NCBI GenBank assembly: GCA_030324005.1
Contig: JARDVH010000143.1
Coordinates: 13,328,679-13,392,678 of the forward strand
Source: Negaprion brevirostris
Taxonomy: Eukaryota
Reading direction: 5' to 3'
DNA length: 64,000 bases
The notes below the pieces were generated by a model. The model ran no database searches, was not told the origin of the DNA, and saw nothing but the letters and a program-made list of their open reading frames with translations. The translations under genes were made by a program, and so were the position numbers. Shown here piece after piece: positions 13,354-26,194 of the stretch (positions within the stretch are counted from its first letter, which is position 1; each line of letters starts with the position of its first letter).

Positions 13354-14884
13354 TTATGCTGAAGCACAAGAAACGAGTGCTTCCCACCAACAACGCAAAG
13401 TTAATGATCAATTAATGCTAGGTTAGTTACCACTGTGGGGCACATGATTTAAGGCAATCAGAATTCAACTTTGCATGAACTCCTTTAACACTACACAAAT
13501 TTCCATCCTTCTGGCCAAGGCCACCTCTCCTCCAAGAAAATGCCAGGAGTTAACTGGCTAAAAATACTCCTGCCTGTCGTCATTATCAGAAGACAGGACT
13601 CAGCTGCTCCAGTTGAAGATCAGAGATTCAGAACAAGTGCATCATTGATAGGACATAAAAGACATACAGCCCATCATCTATTATCACGGCTCAAGCTGAA
13701 TACCGAAGATTGCTATCACTTTAATGACCAATGTTATCTCTGCTCAGCGTGGCGTGTGGGGTAGGTGATTGTGGGCTCCAAGCCGACTGGAGGACTAGAC
13801 TGACATCCCAGTGCAGTACTGAACAAGTACGTGTCAGAGTTAGCATCCTATGGATACTCTAAACTGTTTGTCTTTCATGAAGGTTAAAGATCTCTGAACG
13901 GAAAAGACAGTCTCCTCCCTCAAATCAATGCCAAAGACAGAATGAGTGATCATTCATTTGAGTTCTATTTTTGGGACACAGGTCACAGAATGGCTACCAC
14001 ATACGTCAAATGACATCCCAATTGGAGATCTGATAATGCACTTCATAAATGTATTTTTCCTGTGTTTCTTTTAAACTAGCACTCCCCAAGAGCACAAGCA
14101 ACAATGGTGGTTATTTGATTTCATTACTAATGTCATCATGTGGTCATATTAGAAAATTGGCAGTAATTCCCATATTGGTTAGCTACACAAAAATTTGTAC
14201 GAAGGAGAAAGGCACAAAAAAAAAACTCTCACCAGCCCCAACTTTGAGATATCTTGGAAAGGCAGTGACCTAACTGGCATGCTTGCCACCTATTGCACAC
14301 TTTAAAAAAAAAATGCCTTAAACCATTCCATTGTTTTGCCAGTAATACAGCTTCATAATATTTACAACACAGAACAACCCGTACAAAAAATAACCTTGCA
14401 ATATCCTTCTGTCAACCATGTGGAGTATTTACATCACAAAAGGCCTGAACGATTCAGTTGGTATTATTTCACAGATCTTGTCTTAGGTCTCGTCAGTTCT
14501 CTGGGAACGAAAAATGCACTGAACACCTTCGACAAATAAAATAGTTTTAGAATCCAGTGCGGGCCTCCAAAATTTACTGCAAGCAACTTTCCAAGCTTAG
14601 CGACAGGCTAGATGAAAGCTAAAAACAACTGACGGGAAGCCTCTATTGACCTTCTACTCCAACATGGCATCGTGTAGCTAGTTCAGTTATCCTCGTGAAT
14701 ATTTGGAAGAGCAAGGGGGGAGGAATGTTTTGCACATTTTTTCCTTCCTCAAATTTTAAAGTAAGCTCAATGCAATAACATTAAACACTGTTTAGTTCCT
14801 CCCGCTTCTTTCTTTGACTTGGGTCACCTTGAGAATGCTGTTCCTGTACTGTAACCTGCCACTGATGTATACATATGCTATTCA

Positions 14885-15130
<246 letters not shown>

Positions 15131-15566
15131 TTAGTGGTATAGATTGCAATCATTAACTCAAAAGGACTTCACTCTTTAAAAAAAATTCAAAATAATCATT
15201 CACAGAGCTTTTTCAATGTCTCCTTATTTCATTACGGTTCCATCAGCAACTTTGTAATAACAACCATTTCCTAGAAGTTGGGCTATTTTTGTGACTACAC
15301 TTGGTTATCTTGCAGAATCTCAGAAAATTAGGTCCTTCTGAAAAGTAACTTCACATATTCCCTCCTCAGACTATTTAACACTAGAGTCTTCATTAACCTG
15401 CTTTTAACCTACCTGGAAATGCAATATTGATTTGCATTGAGACGGACCGAATGAATACATTTATTGTGAGGACACTATTTTTTGTTTGTTGCAGCTAGTA
15501 AAGTTGCACAAAGGTAGTGCTAAAAAACAAACATTTTAAGACACTGAAATAGGATTCTTCAAAATG

Positions 15567-15850
15567 GGTGGCATGGTGGCACTGCTGCCCCACAGCGCCA
15601 GGGACCCGATTTAATTCCCAGCTTGGTTCACTGTCTGTGCAGAGCCTGCACTTCTTCCATGTCTGCGTGGGGTTCCTCCGAGTGTTCCAGTTTCCTCCCA
15701 CAGTCCGAAAGACGTGCGGGTTAGGTGCCATGCCAAATTCTCCCTCAGTGTACCTGAACAGGTGCTGGCGTGTGATGACTAGGGGATTTTCACAGTAACT
15801 TCGTTGCAGTGTTAATGTAAACTTACTTATGACACTAAGAAATAAACAAG
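15567..15850 (+). mobile_element. V-SINE, tail type b
   Basis: Head, core, then ctccctcagtgtacctgaacagg..ggattttcacagtaacttc..gacactaagaaataaac. Confidence 0.88.
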
Positions 15851-16111
15851 CAAACAGGTACGCACTTAGGTGGAGAATCTAAATGGTCAGCTATTTAACA
15901 GGCATTTCTGACAAGTAAAGCAGGTCAAAGATTGAACATTGGACTATATCCCATTCCAAATGGGAAAGGGCCGCAAAGCTTTCAGAATCCTCAACTGTAG
16001 AGTATCAATGATGAAAATTTGACATTTGATACGTGCTGACCATCCAGTGGTTCTAGTAATGCAGAAATGGGGCAAGTACTGGGCTTAACCTTAGAAATTG
16101 GGAAAATTGTA

Positions 16112-16196
16112 GTTTAAAGTTTACTTAGTGTCACAAACTGGGAATCGAACCCGGGTCCCTGGCGCTGAGGCAGCAGTGCTAACCACTGTGCCACCC
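16112..16196 (-). mobile_element. Internally deleted V-SINE: head joined to the extreme type-b tail
   Basis: tttaaagtttacttagtgtcaca directly abuts gggaatcgaacccgggtccctggcgctgaggcagcagtgctaaccactgtgcc. Confidence 0.7.
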
Positions 16197-17324
16197 ATAA
16201 AGTGTGCGTTTGGGGCGGGAGGGTGCTGTTGGGAAAATAGAAAAGGAGAGAAGGTAATAAGTTTCACTGTGCATGTTTAGGTTGTTTTAGGATGTACAGT
16301 TGGCAACAGCGAATGGGTTAAATGTAATAAAGAGCGACGCAAGCTGACACGGAATAATAAATGCCTTTCAACACAAACAATAAAATTAGCTGACAGAGGT
16401 GTAATTATTTTCACCAAGAAAATGGAACCAACTGAACAGTTTGCGACTCTTCAGAAAGGGACTGTTTATTTATAGATAATAAGCATCTCTCGGCATACTG
16501 TGAACAAGTTGTTCAGCATGTGACTTCAAGGAATTTAAATTAGCAATAGACTGATATCTTATATCAGGTACTTAGTGTTATACATTATTTAAAGTGGACT
16601 GCATTGTTAAGCGTCATTCATAAATTATCAACTCGACAGGCACATAATTATACTTGCTCTCAATTTCAGTACACGAATTTAAAGACATCTACCACCTTGA
16701 AATGGAGGGTTTGCAGAACCAAATGTAGTCTAACTTTGCATCAATTTAGACAATATACATTTACCGCAGGATTTCTTATAGCATGCTAAAGACACTTGCT
16801 CAGCCCAGATGTTTTTCTATATAGACTGCTCAGTAGTGAGTTCTGGTATCTCAGGTGCCCTTTTGCAAGATATAGGTTTCTAAAGACTTTTTTTTATATG
16901 TTTAAAAAAAAAAGACCCACTTTGTGGTGTGACATGGGAAAGATGACGACAGATGGGAACTGGTCAATGGCAGCATACATGCTGCCACACATCCAGTCCC
17001 TGGCACAGTGGAAATGTGGCACCAGAGGTGACGTGGCTAACTTGAAAATTTCACAGTATTTATAGAACGGAAATAGGCTACTTGGTCCAAGTGGTCCACA
17101 CCCAGTTTACACTCCACATATTCCATCATCCATCCCCAGCAACACATCCTTCTGCACCTTCCTCCCTTCTCTTTAGAGGCATCTTTGCTCTCCAATGCAA
17201 ATGCAGTAGCCAGTTCCAAATTCTAGCCATAATCGTGGGCAGAGGGGTTTCCCCTGAACTTCCTACTGGGGTTTTTAGTATCTATCTTACGTGTATTACC
17301 CCAGTCTCCCCTGCAAATATTTAC

Positions 17325-18065
17325 AGAGTAGGCTCAAAGGGCTGGATGGTGTATTTCTACCTCCGTTTTNNNNNNNNNNNNNNNNNNNNNNNNNNNNNNN
17401 NNNNNNNNNNNNNNNNNNNNNNNNNNNNNNNNNNNNNNNNNNNNNNNNNNNNNNNNNNNNNNNNNNNNNCTCCGTTTTCTATGTTTCTATAGTTCTTGGG
17501 GTTAAAGGGATCCAGAGATATTTGGGGGGGTGGGGAGGGAGGAGAGAGATCAGGACAGTGAATTTGATGATCAGCTACGATCAAAATGAACAGTGGAACA
17601 GGATCAAAGGGCTGAATGGCTTCCTCCTGATTGTATTTTCTATGTTTCTAACGTCTTCTCATGGCTACCCTCCCCATCAAACTCTTCCACGGTCTGAAAG
17701 GCCTTTAAATCGGGCTACTTCACGGTCTTCTCTTTCCCGGGGAAAAACCCCAGGCTGTTTCTTTTTGTAGGGGGAGGCCAGATCTAGGGGGCACGGTTTT
17801 AAAATTAGGGGTTGCTATTTTGGAACAGAGATGAGGACTTTTTTCTTGTGTGACTTTGACTCAAAATGTTGGAGGTGGGGGCGGGGGGGGTGTCATTTTT
17901 AAGGCAGGGTGAATAAATTTGTTTTGTGCAAGGGAATCAAAAGGTTATCAGGGACAGTTGGGATTGTAGAATTTGAAATATGAATAGGTAAGCTATTATC
18001 TGAACAATTGGTGCAGCAGGCTTGAGGGGCTGAATGGCCTACTTCTGCTCCGATTTCATATGTTT
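17325..18065 (+). mobile_element. Cluster of CR1-type LINE 3' tails
   Basis: Repeated gggctgaatggc..ct(c)ct..tatgttt(cta) ends near 17490, 17650 and 18065. Confidence 0.65.
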
Positions 18066-18462
18066 GTAAAAAGAAAACGTACCATTTATGAATAACAGTG
18101 AAGTTTGAAATATACAATCACAAATGGTGCATGATACACAATTGTAATTTATCAGTAATCTGTGTATGAAAAGCACAAATGGTTAGACACACCACTTTAC
18201 ATTGTGGTGCTGGGGGAGACTCAGCCTTTTAGGCATTGAACAGTTCTCCATTACAAACCAAACAATGTTCCAAGTAGCAAAATAGCACCGACAAGAGGTT
18301 GCTGAACAGATAGTGAGTGAATGTTTTCCACGCTGATGTTATGCTCATTGCGACAAAACTATCAACAAACAGCTGAAATAATCAAGTACCCATTGAGTTA
18401 CATGCTGAGATCGAGACTTCAGGACTAATCAGTCTATTAGAAAATTAGCATTGCTTCCAATT

Positions 18463-18772
18463 GGCGGCACGGTGGCACAGTGGTTAGCTCTGCTGCCTCA
18501 CAGCACCAGGCACACAGGTTCAATTCCGATTTTGGGCCACAATCTGTGTGGTTTTGGACGTTCTCCCCATGTCTGCCTGGGTTTCCTCCAAATGCTCCGC
18601 TCCAAAGATGTGCACGTTAGGTCCCGAACTAAATTGCCCTGGAAGGCAATCAAGTTTTGTATAAAAAAAATAAAAATTTCTACAGACCAAATTAGATGGG
18701 AGATCAGGTGTTTTGTGCATTTCAGTGCAGACTTAATGGGATGAAGGACCTCTTCTGCACTGTATGATTCAA
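18463..18772 (+). mobile_element. V-SINE, CR1-type tail
   Basis: Head ggcggcacggtggcacagtggttagc, diverged core and tail. Confidence 0.8.
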
Positions 18773-19840
18773 ATCACTGTTTACAAGTTTATCTCCTGTC
18801 ATTGCTCACAGTCTGTGTGGGGGACATTGACTGGGTAGCAGACCCAGTTCTGCTAGATTTGTCCCATTAGGAAGGACAGAGGGGCAACTGTGACAGAATT
18901 GGGGCTGGGGGGCAATCCCAAAATCAGATGGGTAGGCTACAGTCAGCGGGCAAAGGTAGGTGACCTAAAAAGGTTAGAGCAAGGATATCAATTATAAAGT
19001 TAGATTGCAATGATTTCAGTGCTACATATAATAAAATGAAGTGGAACCCATTAAGTAGTGCAATGCACTATAGCAATTGCCTTGTACTAAAGGTTTTTTA
19101 AAAAAAATGAGTTAGAATGATATTGGCTGGCCCACTGACAAAACCAGCAAGCCATTAAGCCTATAGATATTACAGAATAAGCTACAGAAATCAGCAAGGT
19201 CTTATCAACCTGCAAATTAAATCATTAGAAAGCTTCTGCCGAAGGCATTGACAGTCAGGCAGGACAGCCAGCAATACAGATGCAAGGGACGAACAGAAAA
19301 ANNNNNNNNCTGTTGCACCCTTTAAATTTACAGACTGTTTTCTGCCATTTGTTGTTGACACCATATATTTTGCAACCTAATTAAAGAAATCCGTGTCTGT
19401 TCTTCCAAGTCTGCGCCTTCTATATTTAAATTGAGACTGAGCAGCCTATGATTTGCCACAGTAACAGTGGCTGTCAAGCTATTATTTAGTGCGCTGTCAT
19501 TGGGAGCTTTTTACTAATTTGAGCTTTTAAATTCCGTTGTTCAAGACTGCTTCAAAACAAGAAGAAAATTACAAACTCAAATCAAGACAGTAATTTAAAG
19601 GGCAGTTCCGCAATCCTGCATCCACATTAGATCCCCTGGAGCGTAGTTCCCTCGGGAAGCGTGGGATCACAGAATTACCACTTCAGTTCTGCCTCTTCCT
19701 CTCCCAATAACTTCAAAACACACATATTTTCCACATTAGTGTTAACAAAGCAAACCAGAAATTCTACACCAGCAATTCAGAATTAATCCCTAAAGCTATG
19801 TGCCATGGTGTATGTTTTAACCACCTTGGATATTTAGTTA

Positions 19841-20250
19841 GGTGGTATGGTGGCACATTGGTTAGTACTGCTGCCTCACAGTGCCAGGAACCTGGCTTGG
19901 GTCACTGTGTGCAGTCTGCATGTCCTCCCAGTGTCTGAGAGTGTTTCCTTTGTGTTCTCCAGTTTCCTCCCACAGTTAGAAAGATGTGCTGGTTAGGTGC
20001 ACTGGCCATGCTAAATTCTCCCTCAGTGTACTGGAACAGATACCGGACTGTGACGACTAGGAAATTTTCATAGTAACTTCAATGCACTGTTAATGAATGC
20101 CTACTTGTAACTAACAAGTAACAATTTAAACAAATAAATNNNNNNNNNNTCCCTCAGTGTACTGAACAGGTGCCGGTGTGTGATAATGAGGGGATTTTCA
20201 CAGTAACTTCATTGCAGTGTTAATGTAAGCCTACTTGTGACACTAATAAA
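19841..20250 (+). mobile_element. V-SINE type b (19841-20115) followed by a second type-b tail (20150-20250)
   Basis: Direct similarity to 15567-15850. Confidence 0.8.
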
Positions 20251-20423
20251 TATTTTTTCTCTGAACATTGAATGGATACAGAAATGCAAGAACAAACATT
20301 AGGGTGATTGAAGCCATTGTCTTTGCTGTTCCCACCACCGCATAACCACACAGTCTTCAACATTCTCAATCGCTATACTAGACTGCTGCAATTGGTGTGC
20401 CTTACCTGACCCCCATCGGGTTT

Positions 20424-20700
20424 GGCACAGTGGTTATGACTGCTGCCTCACAGCACCAGGGACTCGGGTTCAACTCTGGCAATGGGTGACTCTGTGGTGT
20501 TTGTACGTTCTCCCTGTGACTGTGTGGGTTTCCTCCGCAGTCTAAAGAGGTGCAGGCTAGGTGGAGTGGCACATTGCCCCTTAGTGTCCAAAGATGTGTA
20601 GGTTCAGGAGATTAACTGGGATGCATCTGGGTAAGATGTACTTTGAGAGTTGGCACAGTCTCAATGGGCTGAATGGCCTCTTTCTACACTGCAGGGAACT
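20424..20700 (+). mobile_element. V-SINE, CR1-type tail
   Basis: Head, shortened core, gggctgaatggcctctttctacactgcaggga tail. Confidence 0.8.
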
Positions 20701-21321
20701 TTCTCTCATCAGGCATAATTCAGCATCCCTGAATAGCGGCTTAATAGAATTACAGTATAAACAAAGTAGATTTTAATGCAACACGAAATGATCTGTGCGC
20801 TTGCAGGTTTCACTAGTTTTCATATTAAGGTTTGATATTTAACATGGCAGGCAAAAGAAGTTCAATTATAAATTGTCCAGTAATTGTAAATACTGTCAAT
20901 TGTGGAAAAGAAATACCGAGGCTACCCGTAAACAAGATTATGTGAAAATTAAAGTCCATCCAAAACAAATCCATGACTCTCATACAGGATGAGAATTGGC
21001 TTTGCAAAACCTCCCTCTACAAATTCAACCTTTTCAATGTGGCTGACGGCCACAAATACATTTTGCTAATTTTCTCATTTCAATCAGTTGTCTTTCTGCC
21101 AGCAGCTGTTCCGCTCCTCCAGTGCTGTGATATTTAAAACAGCAACACTTCCTTCCAGACTTGGCTGTCAGTTTGAAATCTTGCTCTGTACACATCTCGC
21201 TGGGTGACCTCAGTTATTAAGACAGCCATGACTCAAGTTCGGAGGAAAAACTTTTATTTAAATATCTCAGCACAGTTGCTGGGAGGGACAGAATGGTGCT
21301 GTGGTGTCCACCCTTCCATAG

Positions 21322-21625
21322 TTTTATGTTTAGTTTATTTTCTTAATGTCAGAAGTAGGCTTACATCAACACTGCAATGAAGTTACTGCGAAAATCCCTC
21401 AAGTTGTCACAACTTAGGCATCTGTTCTGGTACACTGAGGGAGAATTTAGCATGGCCAATGCAGCTAACCAACGTCTTTCAGACTTTAGGAGGAAACAGG
21501 AGCATCCAGAGGCGACCCATGCAGACAAGAAGAGAACGCGCAGATTCTACACAGAGTATGACCCAAGCCGGGAATCAAGCCCAGGTCCCTGGCGCTGAGA
21601 GGCAGCAGTGTTACCCACTGTGCTG
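21322..21625 (-). mobile_element. V-SINE, tail type b
   Basis: agtaggcttacatcaacactgcaatgaagttactgcgaaaatccc tail plus core and head. Confidence 0.85.
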
Positions 21626-22234
21626 TCCAAAAACTCTTTGCCTGAAGGGAATGATTAAGATGGCAATGTTCAATGATATGCCAAGAGTTTTGAGGATCCA
21701 TTAAGGGAAGAATTCTGCTCCAGCCTTAATTGGCTTTCCTGATGAGCTCTCAGATGATGTCATGCTGGACTCAGCATTTCAGTGAAGCTCAACTATCTCA
21801 AATTACAAATCAGGATGAGCTAATTGCTAACACATGAAGATGTGAAGGCAGCTCAGCTGAAGAAAGGCTAAATTCATGAATACGTTGCAAGCTAATTAGA
21901 TGCTGAATGGGAAAACTTTGCATTATTAGCACTTTACGTTCAACCTTAAGGCGTTGCTAAGAAAAGGCCAGAAAGAAATAAAATGAAACACTTTGATGTA
22001 AGTTTTACATAGCAAGCAGAGCAGCCGCAGGAACACATTATCCAGGACTGCGGATGCCTCCATGTTGCTGTTCTTCAACACTCATGATAATGCATCACGA
22101 GAGGGACATCCTGGTGTTTGAACTTTGAGCAAGGATGGTAGTTGCAATCTACGAAACACAAGTGAAAAGATTGCTCCAGAAGAGTTTTCAATTTGAGACC
22201 AGTAACTGTTTTGGATTATCATAGCATCACTGTA

Positions 22235-22553
22235 TACCTGCAGTGTATAAAAAGGCCATTTGGCCCACCAAGCCTGCACTGACAACAATCCCACCCAAGC
22301 CCCAATGTAACCTCGCATATTTACCCTGCTAACCACACCCCCCCCACCGCCCCCCTGACGCCAAGGATCAATTTAGCATGGCCAATCAACCTAACCAACA
22401 CATCCTTGGAGCGTGGGAGGAAACCGGAGCACCCGGAGGAAATCCACACAGACACGGGGAGAACATGTAAACTCCATACAGGGCCACCCTAGGCTGGAAT
22501 TGAACCCAGGTGCCTGGTGCTGTGAAGCAGCAGTGCTAACCACTGTCCCACCC
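22235..22553 (-). mobile_element. V-SINE, CR1-type tail
   Basis: Full head, core and tail. Confidence 0.85.
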
Positions 22554-22710
22554 ACTATGCAAGAAGCTTTGAGCTCGCAACAGTTACTGATAATGACAGT
22601 TGACAGATAATGAAGGAAACAATTCAGCTAGAAATCTGCAATTTTGTTTTTAAGATATTCACAACGTTAAAAAGAAATTTCTGTTCTTTGCTCTCTAAAA
22701 TCCAATTTAC

Positions 22711-22939
22711 CTCTGGTCGCACGGGGTCCTCAATTCCCACAACAGTGATGCATGTCAGGTCACTTAGAATCTCATTTTCATTATCCCATTCGGGTTCCTT
22801 AACAAAGTCTCTGTACGCGAGACAGATGGTGCGCAGCCCTTCACAAGCCATTGGCTCAATCACTTTCTTCACCATTTCATCACGGTCTCTGACCTTGAAA
22901 ACTGTTACATCTCCATTTTTACCTAGTAGCTTTGTACAC
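22711..22939 (-). CDS. ATP2B4: PMCA exon, 229 nt: [76 protein letters not shown]
   Basis: GLRT and GIEDPVRPE motifs. Acceptor tttttcag|GT, donor GAG|gtaaat; phase 2-0. Confidence 0.96.
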
Positions 22940-23214
22940 CTGAAAAATATTCACAAACATTTTCTTGGACATGAATCATAAACTTGCAGGGTTACAAAAG
23001 TATTAGCTGTCAGCATCTATTGCCCTAAGAGAACAAAGAGTAGCTGAAGGGACCACATGGTCATGTCATTGACTTTTGGGATGTGGGCCTTACTGGCAAG
23101 ATTAATATTTGTTGCTCATCCCCAATTGCCCTTTAGTTGAATGGCTTGCCACTCCATTTTAGATGAGAAGTTAACAGTCAACCACTTTGAAAGGTTTAAT
23201 AACCACCTCCTGTG

Positions 23215-23790
23215 TTTTTTCTACTCATTCGTGGCACATGGGCATTGCTGACTGGGCAGCATTTATTGTCCATCCCTAGTTGCCCTTGAGGTGGTGGTGG
23301 CAAGCTGCCTTCTTAAATTGCTGCAGTGGACCCACAATGGCGTTAGGGAGGGAATTCCAGTATTTTGACCTAGTGACTGCGAAGGAACGGTGAGATATTT
23401 CTAAGTCAGGAAGGTGAGTGGCTTGGCAGTGAACTTGCACATGCTGGCATTCCCATGTACCTGCTGTCCTTCCAGATGGAAGTGGTCTTGGATTTGGAAT
23501 GTGCTGTTTAATAATCTTTGGTGAATATTGTATATATAGTACACACTGCTGCTATTGAGCATCAGTGGAGGAGGGATCGAATGTTTATGGATGTGATGCC
23601 AATCAAGTGGGTTGCTTTGTCCTGGATGGTGTCAAGCTTCGAGTGTTGTTGGAGCAATATCCATCCAGGCAAGTGGGGAGTATTCCATCATTCTCTTGAC
23701 TTGTGCCTTGTAAATGGTGGACAGGTTTTGGGGAGCTACATACCACAGTATTCCTAGCCCCTAACCACTGTTTATGTGACGAGTCATAAT
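23215..23790 (-). mobile_element. Non-LTR LINE 3' fragment (clade not assigned)
   Basis: Minus strand encodes a degenerate ..KLDTIQDKATHLIG RT-ORF C-terminus; tail gggatggacaataaatgctg..gcccatg..gaatgagt shared with 41380-41560. Confidence 0.65.
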
Positions 23791-24254
23791 GATCCAGATG
23801 TCAAAGCAGCGAAGAACTGCAAGCTTCGTCTTTGGGTGTGTGTGCACAGGAAGTGAAGAGCAGGGTTTTTAAGANNNNNNNNNNNNNNNNNNNNNNNNNN
23901 NNNNNNNNNNNNNNNNNNNNNNNNNNNNNNNNNNNNNNNNNNNNNNNNNNNNNNNNNNNNNNNNNNNNNNNNNNTTAAGAATATATTTTAACATTCGTGC
24001 ACAAAATTTGTGCTTTAAAATTAGAATGTCCACAAACATGAAGAGTTTAATCTTGACCATTCAATTGGAGGTCTGTTTTGCACATTACAAAATTCTCATC
24101 AAATTAAATCCTCCTCCAGCAAAGAGTTGATCTGGATTGTAGGCTTCTCCATAACATGGGCTATTGGGTTGCTAGCTTGGAGTTATCAACTGTAAGCCAA
24201 GAGATTTGCTTGCACTTTTTATTACAATAGAAGATGTAATTATAGGCTGACTTT

Positions 24255-24622
24255 TTCTTTTATTATTCATTTGTGGGACAGGGGCGTCACTGGCCGACCA
24301 GCATTTATTGCCCATCCCTAGTTGCCCGGGGTAGTTGAGAGCCAAATCACATTTGTGTGGGTCTGGAGTCACATGTAGGCCAGACCAGGCAAAGATGGCA
24401 GATTTCCTTCCCTAAAGGACATGAGTGAACCAGATGGATTTTTCCGCTAGTCAACAATGGTTTCATGGCCATGGGTAGTTTCTTAATTTCAGGTTTTTAA
24501 AAAAAATTGAATTGAATTGAAGTTCCATCATCTGCCAGGGTGGGATTCGAACCTGGGCCCCCAGAACATTAGCTGTGTTTCTAGATTAATAGTCTAGCAG
24601 TAATACCACTAGGCCGTCACTT
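24255..24622 (-). mobile_element. Second tRNA-derived SINE family (not V-SINE)
   Basis: Head with B box (ggttcgaatcc on minus strand), unique body, tail gggatgggcaataaatgctgg..gaatgaataa; copies at 40468-40808 and 42130-42477. Confidence 0.8.
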
Positions 24623-25448
24623 CCTAGTAAACTAGGAAAATCTGAATCTCAGACTCTATGCTTTTTGATGGGTTGTCAAAAGAAATAGACATTGAAGTAC
24701 AGACTGGTCTAGCAAGCTTGTGTGGTGAGTAATCAATTCATTCAGAGCAGGGATTTCCCAGGAAGGCACAGTGTGACTAACCTGTATAAGTTAGGGAGGC
24801 AGAGAGAGGAAAAAAGATAGGCAGATCATTCTTCTCTCTTTTCTCATCATGAGGATATTGAGCAAGGAAAGGGTTGACTAAGATATGCATCCAGCCTCCC
24901 GTTCCCCAAGATCAAATCACTGGCCAACGCTCACCTATGAAAAATGACTCATGAAACCTTATCTTATACTCCCTAGAATGCAACTGATATCCTGGTAAAT
25001 AACAATAGGCACCCAAGAAGGTAGGACTCAAGGCTTTAGTCTTAACCATGCAAGACCAAAAGTTTAACAAGGTTCGAGACATGCAAACCCCTCCTGCAGT
25101 TACTCAGGGTGGACTAACATTTGAGGTGATCACCATAACATGACATCCGTCAGCATTCTGTTTCTGATCCCAACATTAAAACTCTTGTAAAATAATTAGG
25201 ATTCATCACAAACAACTGAAATTGATTTTTGGGAGTGGGATAGGAAATAGAAGAGTGTGGGGGAGAAATTCAATAGCTACCAGGTTAGCACATTTAACTG
25301 ATTAGAACGTAAACAGGACAATAAAAAAACCACAAACATAGCTGTAGCCATCATTCAAAAAGGAGTTATCCGACAGGCAATCTAAAACCTGATCTTTTAA
25401 AGTTCTGAGCACATTGTGATGATACTTTCCCTATAAGCAATATATTTG

Positions 25449-26194
25449 TGTCATGTTTCTTGTGGAGGATTTGTTTTAGCAGTTACTTGCCGCTTTGTCT
25501 ATGACCGGCAGCCCATATTGTTTCTGCAGCAGCATAATTGATCTTAATTGCTGGAATGTTTTAATCTGGGTTAATGCAAGGTTGCTATTTTAGTGTTTTC
25601 CCCTGGGTTTTTTGGAGTGGGGCTTGATTTGGGTTTTGCCAGGAGATGTCAAAGGGCAGAGTTAGGCTCAAGGAGAGAAACCCACCTCAGTTGCTGTTCC
25701 AGATCCATAGATAAGAAATAGCTCTACATCTCTCTGAAGATTGGGACCTGCCAGAAAATAGGTCTTTCTCTGAAGTTCTGCTTTTTGACGATAGTTCTCT
25801 GGAAACTGCTGTTTGCAAGTCAGAAGTCAAGTATCTTTCTGTATCAGTCCAGAAGGGTTAAAAGGCTGGAAATCTAGCATTTTTGGTGTTAATTGGTTCT
25901 GAAGTAGAATTTATGCCAATGGAAATATTGCTTAAATTTGAACTACAGAAAAGGATAGCTGTTAAAAATTACACTTTATCATGTTTAAGTATTGGAATTG
26001 GTAAGTTATGTTAATTCTTTTTGTTATTTTCTAACTCTGTTCTTAAATAAAGTTTGTTAAATAGAAGCTTCCCACTGGGTCAACAGAATCACGCCTGGAG
26101 TGAAACATCTCATGCACAAGTGCCAAAATCTAATAAGTTGGGATCTAGACTAACTTTATAGTGTGCCTTGTAGTTCCTGACCTGGTCTCTAACA
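25449..26194 (+). mobile_element. Possible solo LTR
   Basis: TGT...ACA termini, AATAAA at 26046-26051, distinct T/G-rich composition; target-site duplication not clean. Confidence 0.3.

Noticed and set aside
20021-20250. Duplicated type-b tail across a 10-N gap as a haplotype artefact
   Set aside because: The two copies differ at many positions, which fits separate insertions better; not resolvable without reads.
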